Shown one piece after another: positions 12,871 to 25,167 of a stretch of 64,000 nucleotides of DNA (positions are counted from its first letter, which is position 1; every line of letters begins with the position of its first letter). The position numbers and the translations under genes were made by a program. Below the pieces are notes generated by a model. It saw nothing but the letters and a program-made list of their open reading frames with translations. It had not been told where the DNA came from and ran no database searches. This stretch comes from Leucoraja ocellata (taxonomy: Eukaryota), in contig JAWMAR010000594.1 of NCBI GenBank assembly GCA_036785375.1, forward strand, positions 186,001 through 250,000. The letters are read 5' to 3'.

Positions 12871-13546
12871 CAAGAGCGGAACTCACTATCAAAACATGGA
12901 GGGGACCGGGCGACACAATTTTTTTGGCGGCCGCGCACGCATGCGCACACTCACACTCACACACACTCGCGAGGCTTCAGAGGCTCAGTCCAGCGCTAAA
13001 TGCAGCTCAACTCTGCCTGTCTCACCGGGTTAACTACAGCCCTGTCTGGACTGACGGGATACCAACGCTGCTTCTCCATGCTGGCCATATTTCCCGCAAG
13101 TCCAGGCAGGTTCACCTGGCGGGACAGGCAGCGTTCAGCTGGGTTTAGTGCTGTTTCTCTGCGCTGGATGTGGGCCTGGGGGTACAGTTCGCGTCTGACT
13201 CCCGACCTCTCTGGCCACCCGTGGGGGAGGGGGGGCACTTGGGACAGCGCCAGAGACCCGGCCGGGATCGATCCGGCCTGCGGATGAGGCGCAGGTCTGT
13301 GCCACGTCTCACTCCTCCAATCGCCGCGCTCTATCCTCAGTCCCACCACCACCACCCCCCCCCCCCCCCACCCACTCCTCCCTCCTCCAATCATCGCGCC
13401 CTCGATCATCAGTCCCACCCCCACTGCCTCGCGGAAAGCAGAGATTTTAAAATCGGGATCACAAAAGCTTGGGGGGGATGTCCCCCACCTCTCAAAACAT
13501 GGGGGGGACGTGTCCCCTTTGCCCCCACCCGTGTTTTCCGCCCCTG
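12871..13546. mobile_element. hAT-type MITE
   Basis: 8-bp TSD caagagtt (12863-12870 / 13547-13554); imperfect TIR CAAGAGCGGAA / CAGGGGCGGAA. Confidence 0.85.
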
Positions 13547-13580
13547 CAAGAGTTGACAACCAAGTGTAATTCATCCAGTG

Positions 13581-13764
13581 CCATAGAAAACATAGAAAAC
13601 GGGTACAGGAAAAGGTCATTTGGCCCTTCGAGCCAGCACCGCCATTCATTGTGAGCATGGTTGATCATCCACAATCAGTAACCCATGCCTGCGTTCTCCC
13701 CATATCCCGTGACTCCGCTAGCACCATAGAGCTCTATCTAACTCTCCTTTAAATTCATCCAGTG
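13581..13764 (-). mobile_element. CR1 LINE 3' tail
   Basis: catagaaa-type tail and ggcccttcgagccagcaccgccattca shared with the other CR1 copies. Confidence 0.85.
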
Positions 13765-14619
13765 AATTTAACTTTCTACACTTGAGTTTGTATGTTTTTC
13801 AAGCAATCTCTTCAGAGGTAAAGTGAATGATTTGCTTCATCACTGATGACACACACTATAAAGTTGATTGTAATAACTGGTCATTATCTCACATGTTATG
13901 GAACCAAATTGAGCAGTAATGATATTTAAATGCTATTTTAATACAATTACGTGAAAACAAAATATATGGATATGACAGGATGAGAATGTTTAATCAATCG
14001 AATGGAATGGAGAGCATACGGCAAATGAGGAGGTGGTTGAGATATGGGATAAGCAGGATACACAATACTGGATATTTTCAAGTTACAAAGGAGATATCTT
14101 AAAAATGTATAGTGTTTCAAAGTCATCTAATCCAAATGCATCATAGGTTGCTGAACTTAGAATTGACAAGTGGCTCAGGCTGCAGTCTTCTATGGCTTCT
14201 TCATTATGGGAGAGGTTGAAGAGGTGCAAATCATACATCACTCTTCAAATGTAAGGAAAGTATCAAGCAAGCCAGTCAGTTTAATATTAGCAGTGCGGAA
14301 AATCTTAGAGATAATAATCTGAGACAGAATTATTTCTGATTTGGAAAAACAACCAAAGTTAATTGATGAAGCCAATTATTGTTTCAATGGTGACTTGTTT
14401 GAGCAGTAATGATAGAATTTTTTACCAGAATGCTATGTTATAAAATTAACAGGAATGCAATTTTACCATTTTATCTGTCTGAGGAAAGATCCCAATGCAA
14501 AATGTTGCCTGTCCATTTTATCCAGAGATGCTGCCTTACCCACAGAGTTATTCCAGCATTTTGTGTCTATCTTCGGTATGAACCAGCATCTGCAGTTCCT
14601 TTGTACTACACCATTTTAC

Positions 14620-14733
14620 CTGTCTGTGAGTGGGGTGATGACCAGACGACCAGTGTTTCCTAAGTATTCATAGCCATAGAGAAACTCAGCATTCACTGCA
14701 CATACACGAAGATCATCCCTTGCCCAATAGTAT
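14620..14733 (-). CDS. DNAH1: DNAH1 exon (114 bp): RYYWARDD...[19 protein letters not shown]
   Basis: cag/gtaaaa boundaries; [15 protein letters not shown] at the start of AAA1. Confidence 0.95.
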
Positions 14734-15313
14734 CTGAAAGATAATTTTTCATGCTTTAACACCCATGTCACAATGCCACACATTGCAGAATCCATTCACT
14801 TATTAAACCAGTTTCATTAATTGCTCAGATTGAGAAAAAGGCTGAATGGATATTCATCTACTTTTCTTTCATACATACACTGTGAATTGCTGCTTCCCAA
14901 CAAACAAAATCACACAATCCCCAATGGGAGAATGTATTCTACTGAATTATCCAAAGTCATTCTAATAAAATCAGGTTCCGTATTTAGCGTTAGGTGGAGA
15001 AACATTTAACTGAGAGCCTCACATTGCAAGAAATACACAGATTTGGAATTTTTTAACATTGTTTGTTACACTAAGCACACATAAATAGGTACCAAAGGGA
15101 AGATCTCCACACCTTTGCCTTTGGGAACAAGTTCTGGAAATTGCAGAATATAATGCAGGAAGATTAGTTGAAACTATAGAGGATTATTAGAACTAATTTG
15201 GTGGAATTTATGCATTAGCATGATGCATTAGAGAGGAGGTACAGGCGTCCAGAGGATTGAGAGACAAATGTTTGTGATATTGGCCTATTTGTGTGTAATC
15301 AATAACTAGCATT

Positions 15314-16610
15314 CAGGGTTCTCACTTAACTTTTTTTCCCTGTTGCCAGCCGGGCAACCTAGGCAGCTTTTTAGGTTGCCAAATGACAGTTTAGGTGATC
15401 ATTTAAGACGGCTTGCATGACGCGTGCATTAATGTGCTTGGACGAAGTGCGTAGTCCCAGTCGGAATTATGCTCAATTATAATACAGTATCTCAACTCTT
15501 TTTACACATTGCAATTAATGCAATTTCTATTATTTCTTTCCACTTCCAAACAAAAATGTGGTTAGATTATTCAGCGTATGATCAACCTGTGTCAATAAAT
15601 CCTGGACCATGGTAACATATATGCTTAACCATGCACACTACAGATTGATGCAAGCATGTTTTCTGTGAAGGACCGAAAATTATCATGACATGGCCATAGC
15701 ATGGGTCGTTATTGCTATTGGTACAGAAACACTCTCGTTTCCCACATAATTTATCCACAACAAAATATACAGGTTGCAAGGAAATTTCTAAAGGCATTTT
15801 ATAATAATAGCTGTTAAAACCGACTATACCCATCTGACAGGTTAAACATTACACTAACAGACAAGAGATGGCCAAAGGACATAACTGCAGTAAATGTTCT
15901 TTTGGTAATATGTTTATGTGTCAAAACGCCACATTACCGGACATTCAGATTAGATGTATGTGCTATGAACAGCAATGAAGATACCCAGTTTGCACGCACC
16001 AGATTTAAAAAAAATATTGATAAATGCTAATTTCCATCATTCCCACTTCAGAATTAACGTTAGAATTTCAACTGAAATATCTACTGACCAAATTTGTGAT
16101 GTATATGACTGACTGTAGAAGTAAAACCTGGATAAATCCAACATATAGTTGTGAATGTTGCTCATTAAATAACTACAGTACTGATACTCCATATTAAGAG
16201 CATTGATTTGCCGTTAAAATGAATTCTGTAATAACGTGTCAACGGTAGCAGTGACAATCTAACACTGTGGTTTTAATGTTTCACGAGTTCACGATTTAAT
16301 TAATCCATCTTTATGGATTAAAACAAATAATAATATTGGGAATTAAAACACATTTGATAGCATTCCGTTAGGGGGAGGGGGAGAGGGAGAGGGAGAAGGA
16401 AAGAGAGAGCGAGAGGTAGAGAGGTCAGTGCTCATCGGACAGGAACGGCACAATCGCCCCGCTGCCTTGGCTTGGCCGTCCCTGTCCACCGCCAATTGCC
16501 GCCGCCAAAGGGGAGGCAGTTGGGATTTCCTCGCCACTGCCTCCCCTCGTCCGCCAGCCAACTGGAAGGTGCGGAGCTGAGCGGACGAGGGGAGGCAGTG
16601 GCTCCTTCCA
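15314..16610 (+). mobile_element. hAT-like non-autonomous DNA element, one end only
   Basis: Starts CAGGGTTCTCACTTAAC followed by gttgcc/ggcaac subterminal repeats; second TIR not found; right boundary uncertain. Confidence 0.45.
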
Positions 16611-16916
16611 GAGCTATTATTAAGTTTGGGTATGATGGGCATAATTTCAAGGATTAAAAATGAAATAAAATTCAGAAATGTGGTAAACAGTGAGGAGAAT
16701 AGGAACAGAGTTCATAGCATCTTGGTCATATCAATTCTTCTGCAGAAGCAGATGGAAATGCACTTAATATTAATACCTACAATATTATTGTTCTCTTTGA
16801 CAATGTGCTACTTCTTAATATTGTTTAAGAGGTAACTGGTGTACCCCTTCTGCACAATGGTTACGATGGTACAAGATTATCTATCTATTTGTCTGTCTGT
16901 CTGTCTGTCTGTCTCT

Positions 16917-17051
16917 TCTATCTATTACAAAACCTCTCATCTTGTTTGTATTTGTTTCTATGTTTGCCGGTTTGTAGCTTGTACCTATATTTGCGCAAAA
17001 ACGCTGCGCCATAGTGCTACAATGTTGGCCCACCTTACTCACCATTGTCAC
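16917..17051 (+). mobile_element. Helitron-like 5' end fragment after a (TATC)/(GTCT) microsatellite
   Basis: TCTATCTATTACAAAACCTCTCATCTTG...ttggcccaccttactcac resembles the 5' ends at 3325(-) and 51930(+). Confidence 0.5.
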
Positions 17052-17053
17052 CA

Positions 17054-17800
17054 AATTATGAGAGGGATAGACAGAGTTGACGTGGATAAGCTTTTTCCAT
17101 TGAGAGTAGGGAAGATTCAAACAAGGTGACATGATTTGAGAATGATGGAACAAAGGTTTAGGGGTAACACGAGGGGGAACTTCTTTACTCAGAGAGTGGT
17201 AGCTGTGTGGAATGAGCTTCCAGTGGAAGTGGTGGAGGCAGGTTCGATTTTATAATTTAAAAATAAATTGGATAGGTATATGGACGGGAAAGGAATGGAG
17301 GGTTATGGTCTGAGTGCAGGTAGATGGGATTAAGTGAGAATAAGTGTTCGGCACGGACTAGAAGGGCCGAGATGGCCTGTTTCCGTGCTGTAATTGTTAT
17401 ATGGTTAGTAGGCGTATCGTCTTCGGACTCTTTCAGTTCATTGGCGTTTCGGGCTCGTTTCTATCCGGTTCTTTGGCTTCGGCTTCTTGTCTGTTGGCGC
17501 CGCGTCCGCACACATTCGAGCCAGCACCGCCATTCACTGTGATCGTGGCTGATCATCCACATTCAGTACCCCGTTCCTGCCGCCTCACCATATCCCCTGA
17601 ATCCGCTAACTTTAAGAGCTCGACCTAACTCTCTCTTGAAAGCATCTAGAGAATTTGCCTCCACTGTCTTCTGAGGCAGAGAATTCCACAGATTCACAAC
17701 TCTCTGGGTAAAAAGTTTTTCCTCATCTTTGTTCTAAATGGCTACCCCTTATTCTTAAACTGTGGCCCCTGGTTCTGGACTCCCCCAACATCGGGAACAT
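17054..17800. mobile_element. Two CR1 3' fragments in opposite orientation (17054-17403 +, 17515-17800 -)
   Basis: QIMRGIDRVDVDKLFP peptide and CR1 tail sequences. Confidence 0.8.
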
Positions 17801-17929
17801 CATTACAAAAGGGTTCTATCATTATATGACTCTTAATTGGGAAAGTAGATGGATAATCTTTACATTGTTACAATACTGTTTTCTCTTGCATATCATCCAG
17901 TCCTTTCCACTGATAAAGCAGGCTGTTAC

Positions 17930-18093
17930 CTGAGCTGGCTGATCCACTCAAAGTCATTCTCACTTTGAACATGTTCCTCCAGCAGGTTAGCCACAACATC
18001 CTTGGCATGGACTTCAATCACAATCAATGCTGATAGTATTGTTCTTTGCATTCTTGTCAATTTCCCTCGCACAAGTGTCACCAAATCATTCAG
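17930..18093 (-). CDS. DNAH1: DNAH1 exon (164 bp): LNDLVTLVRGKL...LIVIEVHAKDVV...DFEWISQL
   Basis: aag/gtaac boundaries; VHA.DVV and FEW..QLR motifs. Confidence 0.92.
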
Positions 18094-19574
18094 CTTTTAT
18101 TCAAAATAAAAGGATATTAGAAAGTGATTAAAAAGAAAAACTTGCATTCATCATTATTTATTGTTAGATAGTCCAACAACACATCGGCCCCACACCACAC
18201 AGATCAAATAAACTTGTTTTACTGATGCTTAATTCAAGAGTTTAAATTGTCACTCCATTCATCACCCATGCTCGATGGACGTAGTGAGCATGATTCACAA
18301 AGTGCTTGCTAATTATCCATCCTAACTTCTTCAACAGCACTACTCAATCCTTGATCCCAACCTTTCAAATGTAAGAGGCTCAATGTAGGGGCTCAGAGGG
18401 AAGGTGGGTGTGAGGAGTGGTGGGACGGTTAGGAGAAGTAGCACCCAGCTCTCCACCACTACACCACGCCTTACACCCCCCTCCCTTCCAAACCCCCAGC
18501 ATCCCCTCACAGTACCTCCACTGAGGCTCCTTCCACCCTTCTTCCCCCCTCTGACAGGTTGCCTCCCCGTCCTTGCCCCTGTCAGCTTTTCAACATCCCT
18601 CCCCCACCCGCCCACATGGTCTCTCCCTCCCTCTTTCTGATGCAGAACGGTCAGTCTACAGCAGAGGGCTAACCTATGTACTCCTAGGCCCAAACAAAAA
18701 CCTCCTCACCAGTATCCACCTATTACCTTCCAGGTCCCTCCTTTCTTGCTCCCTCTCCCTACAATTAGTTTGAAGAAGAGACCCAACTCGAAACATCACC
18801 TATCAGTGTTCTCCAGAGATGCAACTTGACTCACTGAGCTACTCCAGCACTTTGTGTCTTTTTTGGTGGAGCAGCATCTGCAGTTCCTTATTTCTATATT
18901 ACACACTACCTGCACTGAACACATTGATCAGGTTAATTATAACGCATCACCAAAATTAGTCCACAAACATACTAATTGCAGCCCACGCTTTCTAGCGGTC
19001 ACTTACTTAGCACGTGCTATCATCTCTGAGCTTCTCTATTAAAATCTCACTGCCATATTTAGTTCCCTCTGACATTGGCTGATCGCAGAAATTACATCAT
19101 CATGTCAGAATTACAATTAAGATGACTAACATAGAGTTGACTTTTGCACCCACACAAACAGGCATCCTAGATTTCTCTAGTTATGGATCAGCCCTTTCTC
19201 GTTGGTTGGGCTTTCTGATGGAATACTATAAAATGCCTGGGATAGAGAAAGTAGAATCTTTGTGGGTAATTCTTGGTAGGATGATGGATGTAGAGGAGCA
19301 CCCTCTATGAATCCAGACACTGTCATTCAGAATAGTTGTAAGGCTGGACATAAATAGTTGGAAAGGAAAGTCAAGAAAGTATAGATGCTGGAAATTTAAA
19401 ATAAAGTAGAAAAAGGTAGAAACATTCAGCAGATCAGCACACCAGAGTTGAGAAAAAATTGAGTTAATATTTCTAGATATCCCTGCGTCAGAACTGGGAA
19501 GAAAAGAATAGAAGTCAATATCAAGCTGCAGGGAGATTGGGATGAGGGCGAGGTCTTGATGTTGCCATACTAAC

Positions 19575-19715
19575 CTGACTGGCAAGCTTTGGGAACAGTC
19601 TGCTCTTTAGATCTCCAATTTGTAATGCTTCTGCTACCTCCATGGTCCAGAAGGTTTGGCAGCCTGCAATAACAACCTGGCCAGGCCAGATCAAAACCCA
19701 TTCTGTACGAAGAGT
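19575..19715 (-). CDS. DNAH1: DNAH1 exon (141 bp): TLRTEWVLIWPGQVVIAGCQTFWT...KLASQ
   Basis: tag/gttagt boundaries; WPGQ motif. Confidence 0.92.
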
Positions 19716-20083
19716 CTACAAAAATCAGAATAATGTCGTTTATGTAGTATGCATTATGAAATTAAATATCCGAAGGTCCCAACTAACAGAATGGAAAATT
19801 GATTTAACAGTTAAACAGATCTTTGATTTTAACAATTCTGCAAATATTTTTTTCACAAGTAAATAGACAATCTATGGAAGGGGTTTCATAGGGAAACAAA
19901 AGAAGCTAATAGTAGTTATCTATGTGAATTTGATTTATTTTGAAAATAATATTCAGGAATATAATATCCTAGCAATGAGTAATGACATTGTCTTAAAAAA
20001 TAAATTATTTATTCATAGAAATTAACAGTTTTGATTGTAATAGGTAACATTAGGTATGCCCAATATGTATGCCTATTTTGTAA

Positions 20084-20440
20084 CAGTCTGAGGAAGGGTA
20101 CTGACCCGAAATGTTGCCGATCCATTTTCTCCAGGATGCTGCCTGATCATCTGGGTTGTTCCAGCACTTTGTGCCCTTTTTCCATCTATCACTTGCTTGG
20201 CTTTGTCCCACCCCCACCTATCTTCCATCTTACTCAGACTTACAAAATAGGCATACATCTTTCTCCTCTCTCCCTCCCCGCCCCCCTGCCCCCTTCCCCA
20301 CCACTACAATCAGTCTGAAGAAGTGCCCTGACCCGAAACGTCGCTCCCCAGTGTTCTCTGTAGATGCTGCCTGATCTGCTGAGTTACTGCAGCACATTGT
20401 GTCTTTTTTTGTTAACCAATGTCACAGTTCCTTGAGTCTT
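20084..20440 (+). mobile_element. Short Penelope-derived element with two tandem hammerhead motifs
   Basis: CTGAGGA-agggtactgaccc-GAAA at 20088 and CTGAAGA-agtgccctgaccc-GAAAcgtc at 20315, each followed by the same gatgctgcctga... tail. Confidence 0.75.
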
Positions 20441-20924
20441 CTGTTATGTTTCACCTTATCTCTCTACAAGTATCTTACTTAGGACATGAGAGACATTACC
20501 TGAGGTTTCTACAGTCCATTGAACTATAGGTTGCTTTCAACACCCAAAATGTCAAGGGAAATGAACCAGGTATGGATTCATAATAAAAGAACATAAAGAA
20601 CTGAAAAGAACTATAAGAATCAAAGGTGCAAATAATTAACTTTTGTGCCCATTCTATTTATATAATCTAACACCTTCATGACTTTGCATGTGGAATTGAA
20701 TTGACAGTAAAAAGATGGAAAATAGGAGAGATTTCGTAACTTCAGATACTTTCTTGAGTTCAACACACTGAACCTCGTTAACTTGATTATCTTTACTAAC
20801 CAAAACTGAGGCTCTGCAGTAATTTGACAAGAAATTGTAATCTCACACATATAATCTCGTGCATTTCTGTAAATGGCTGAGAAGATAAGCCGTTTACATA
20901 AGATATGACAAAACTGGTCATATC

Positions 20925-21282
20925 AATAGTACAGAGGAAAGCAGCAGGCTTTTGCATCGGGAACTACAATAGAGATAGCAGTGTCACCCAGATGCGGTCC
21001 GACCTGGAGTGGGAAACGCTGGAAACAAGAAGGGCAAGGAACAGACTAGCCATGTTGTACAAGATTCAAAAGGGGATCGTGGGCATAACTGCAGATAGAT
21101 ACATAACATACTCAACAGAAATGAGAACAAGAAAGAGAAATGAAATGCAAATAGAAACCCCATTCGCCAGGACAGATAATCATAATAACTCATTCTTTGT
21201 AAGAACCTTAAGGGAATGGAATAAACTAGACACCAATATAGTCAAATCTCCTTCACTGGACAGTTTTAAGGGGGCACGTTAG
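20925..21282 (+). mobile_element. Divergent CR1-group LINE ORF2 C-terminus (not HER1 type)
   Basis: ORF 20905..21282 VQRKAAGF...WETLETRR..RLAMLYKI...NSFFVRTLREWNKL. Confidence 0.75.
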
Positions 21283-22173
21283 TACAAACAGCACTGACTA
21301 CAAATTCAGAAGGTTCGGAAGGCTCAGAAGGAAGCATTGTATATAAAATGTGATTGAACATTGAAATGTTATTCAGTCACTCCTTATAGTGTGAATCATA
21401 GCTAAATTGTGCAATAAAGTACACTACATTTCTGAATTGATGTGAAAGTGTAACATTGGGAAGTGAGGCCACTACATCTCTTGCCATTTTAGATATACTT
21501 TATCCAAATGAGAAAGACAAAAACTTATTAGTTTGGAATTCTCTATTAGTTCTCTCAAGAACTATGGCTGGCCCAGCTATCTATTAATTTAATATGTTGA
21601 TTGAGAAACCCTTTTTGTCTGGAACTTATAATAATTACATTGACTTTTTTGGCTAAAAGTCATTCCATCGTTTAATTATGGAATAATTCTAGGAAAATGT
21701 TTGATGATTCTCCTCTGGGCGTATCAAACCGACAACTTGCTGGCATTTCTTCACATAATATCAAAATGGTACATTGGACATGTCATGTGTCTTTAGCACC
21801 ACAAAATACAGAATGCACTGAAAGTCTTTTACCCAGATGTCTGATCTCCCTCCGCCCCTGGATTCAACATTGAGTGTAGGGGTATTCAGTAACTTACCAA
21901 GCCTCGGAGCTGAATACGCAATATCTTCCCCCTCACCTTTATGCCAGCCATTGTTGATATATTTAGAGTGTGCTAACTAACCAGTGTTAATGTTTCAGGC
22001 TGACACCAGTTATGTCTTAAGCAGCAAGGGGGAGGATAGGAATAATAAAGGGAATGTCTGTGCAACGTCCCACATCTCGGCAATTTAAAAACATGTTTAT
22101 TTCTATCTTTCCCAGTTCTTATGAAAAGTTACCAAAATGTTAACTTTATTTCCTTCTCCATAGATGCTGCCAA

Positions 22174-22938
22174 TAGGGTTGCCAACTTTCTCACTCCCAA
22201 ATAAGGGACAAAAGGTCAAAATAAGGGACAAATTCCCAACGGCAATTCGTTGACTGACTCAGCCGTGGCTGGGTGAATGATGAGTTGGCCCGGGTGCTGG
22301 GCTTCACACAAAGCCCAGCCGGCAGGCCAGCTGAGGAGTTTGGCCCGGGCGCCAGGGGCGCGTGATGGTGCGCACAAAGTCCGGCACCCCATCCAACTTC
22401 TGTACCGATGACCGGCCATGAGAAGGAGGGGTGTCGGCGGTAAACAAACTTCCGAAGGTCGGACAGCTGGCCGGGCTGCCGACCGACGGGGCCATGGACG
22501 AGGCCCATGGGCTGCACTCCATCGGGACGGGTGAGGCGGGGCCGGACGCGGCGCTCCAACACGACAGTCCCCTCGACCCAAGTAGTAGCAGTCAAATATG
22601 GGACAAGGGTGGTCCCGTATGGGACAAACCAATTTAGAACCATAGAAACATAGAAAATAGGTGCAGGAGTAGGCCATTCGGCCCTTTGAGCCTGCACCGC
22701 CATTCAATATGATCATGGCTGATCACCCAACTCAGTATCCTGTACCTGCCTTCTCTCCATACACCCTGATCCCTTTAGCCACAAGGGCCACATCTAACTC
22801 CCTCTTAAATATAGCCAGTGAACTGGCCTCAACTACCTTCTGTGGCGGAGAAATCCAGAGATTCACCACTCTCTGTGTGAAAACCCAATATTTAGCCCAA
22901 TATACAGGATGACTAATACGGGACAGTTGGCAACCGTA
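22174..22938. mobile_element. hAT (Blackjack-like) MITE with nested CR1 tail (22641-22882, minus)
   Basis: TIR TAGGGTTGCCAAC / GTTGGCAACCGTA; 8-bp TSD gctgccaa (22166-22173 / 22939-22946); gggac subterminal repeats. Confidence 0.9.
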
Positions 22939-23161
22939 GCTGCCAACCTTCTGAGCATGTGACATTTTCTGCTCTGATTAATTCATCTAATAATGCTCAT
23001 ACTCCATTCTTCATTTTTAAGTGTTTTATTTAGGTTTTGTAAGAGATAGTCAATGAATGTTAAATGGAATTTGTGCTAAAGTAAATATATTTATAATATT
23101 GCAGAAAGTGTCTTTTTTTAACATAAGCATATGGGATAAAAATGCTTCACATTATTCTTAC

Positions 23162-23341
23162 CTCTGGATAGGTTTTCAAGGATCTCCGGATGTTATCTTT
23201 TACACTTGCCTTCATCATTTTTTCTACCTCTAACAGCCAGTCTTCCACATTTCCTGTGGGATAGATGCTTTTGAAGAGCTTAATCTCCTCTCCTTCTGCT
23301 GAGTACATGTGTGTGATGTGTAGATCCTCTTGAAAATGTAA
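23162..23341 (-). CDS. DNAH1: DNAH1 exon (180 bp): LHFQEDLHITHMYSAEGEE...GNVEDWLLEVE...TYPE
   Basis: cag/gtaaga boundaries; ORF 23147..23407. Confidence 0.94.
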
Positions 23342-23692
23342 CTGCATGGAAAACAGAAATAAAGTCATTAAATTTGGCACTGCCTGCTGTTCTTTCTGCA
23401 GCACCACCTGCTGTCTTCAATTAGCTGTCAGGCACCAAGTAGAACACAACATTGAAGTTTTCGCAAACAGTTGCCATGTGCTGCAGGGCATCCCCACACT
23501 GATGCAGGCCTCAGGATTTTCAGGTCAGCTGCAGCTTTTACAAATGATCATGACATTTATACTTAGCTGCTGTGGTGGGAGGGCAAATTAGTGCGAGTAA
23601 CCAGAGAAGAAGGGGGTATACCTTAACTCATTGATCAAGCATCTATCAAGCCTAAGAACAGTTCTTTTTATATTTTTTTGTTTTTGACTTAC

Positions 23693-23798
23693 ATGAGCTA
23701 CATTCTCAAAACACTTGCGCAAGTGAGGTTGAACAGCAGTAGGATCCTTAGTTTGAGACAAGATTTCAAGCAGTTCATCATCTGATAGAAAGTAGAAT
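23693..23798 (-). CDS. DNAH1: DNAH1 exon (106 bp): [36 protein letters not shown]
   Basis: cag/gtaagt boundaries; hallmark dynein motif. Confidence 0.95.
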
Positions 23799-24047
23799 CT
23801 GTAGTAAAAAAATGGATTCATGTTCAACATTGAACAGACTACTGTATGAATTTGGTAGTTTTACTACTAAACAGTGCTAATTAAATCTAACAAATCATTT
23901 TATTTACTATGTCTCTAAGATGGATCTATATAAACCATATTGTCACAATTTGAATTCTATTGATATTACTGTCCAAAAAAAGGTCTTAAATAAAAAGCAC
24001 TAATAGACCATATTCAGAAATTGTGAATTCAGATGCTGTTCAGTTAC

Positions 24048-25033
24048 ATAGAAATATAGAAACATAGAAAATAGGTGCAGGAGGAGGCCATTCGGCCCTT
24101 CGAGTCAGCATCGCCATTCATTGTGATCATGGCTGATCGTCCCCTATCAATAACCCGTGCCTGCCTTCTCCCCATATCCCTTGACTACACTAGCCCCATG
24201 AGCTCTATCTAACTCTCTCTTAAATCCATCCAGTGATTTGGCCTCCACTGCCCTCTGTGGCAGGGAATTCCATAAATTCACAACTCTCTGGGTGAAAAAG
24301 TTTTTTCTCACCTCAGTCTTAAATGACCTCCCTTTTATTCTAAGACTGTGGCCCCTGGTTCTGGACTTGCCCAACATTGGGAACATTTTTCCTGCATTTA
24401 GCTTGTCCAGTCCTTTTATAATTTTATATGTTTCTATAAGATCCACCCTCATCCTTCTGAACTCCAGCGAATACAAGCCTACTCTTTTCAATCTTTCCTC
24501 ATATGACAGTCCCGCCATCCCAGGGATCAATCTCGTGAACCGACGCTGCACTGCCTCAATCACAATACTCCAGATGTGGTCTCACCAGAGCCCTATACAA
24601 CTGCAGAAGAACCTCTATACCCCTATACTGAAATCCTCTTGTTATGAAGGCAAACATTCCATTAGCTTTCTTCACTGCCTGCTGTACCTGCACGCCAACT
24701 TTCAGTGACCGGTGTACAAGGACACCCAGGTCTCGCTGTACCTCCCCCTTACCTAACCTAACCCTGTTGAGATAATAATCTGCCCCCTTGTTTTTGCCGC
24801 CAAAGTGGATAACCTCACATTTATCTATATTATACTGCATCTGCCACTCATCTGCCCACTCACTCAACCTGTCCAGGCCACCCTGCAACCTCCTAACATC
24901 CTCTTCACACTGCCACCCAGCTTTGTGTCATCCGCAAACTTGCTAGTGTTGCTCATAATTCCCTCTTCCAAATCATTAATATATATGGTAAACAGTTACA
25001 GCCCCAACACCGAGCCTTGTGGCACTCCATTCG
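24048..25033 (-). mobile_element. CR1 (HER1-like) LINE 3' ~1 kb
   Basis: ORFs 24147..24563 and 24556..24888 (LVRPHLEYC, QRRFTRLIPG, FFTQRVVNLWN); catagaaa tail. Confidence 0.92.
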
Positions 25034-25167
25034 CCATTGTTGACGTGCACAGTGGTGATGTAATGAGACTAGAGGCATGTAATAAACAGTTTGAATATAA
25101 AAAATAGACACAAAAAGCTGGAATAACTCAGCAGGACAGGCAGCATCTCTGGCGAGAAGGAATGGGT

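Noticed and set aside
12795-13658. Overlapping GC-rich ORFs as a nested gene or CpG-island promoter
   Set aside because: They lie within a hAT MITE bounded by an 8-bp TSD and show no recognisable domain.
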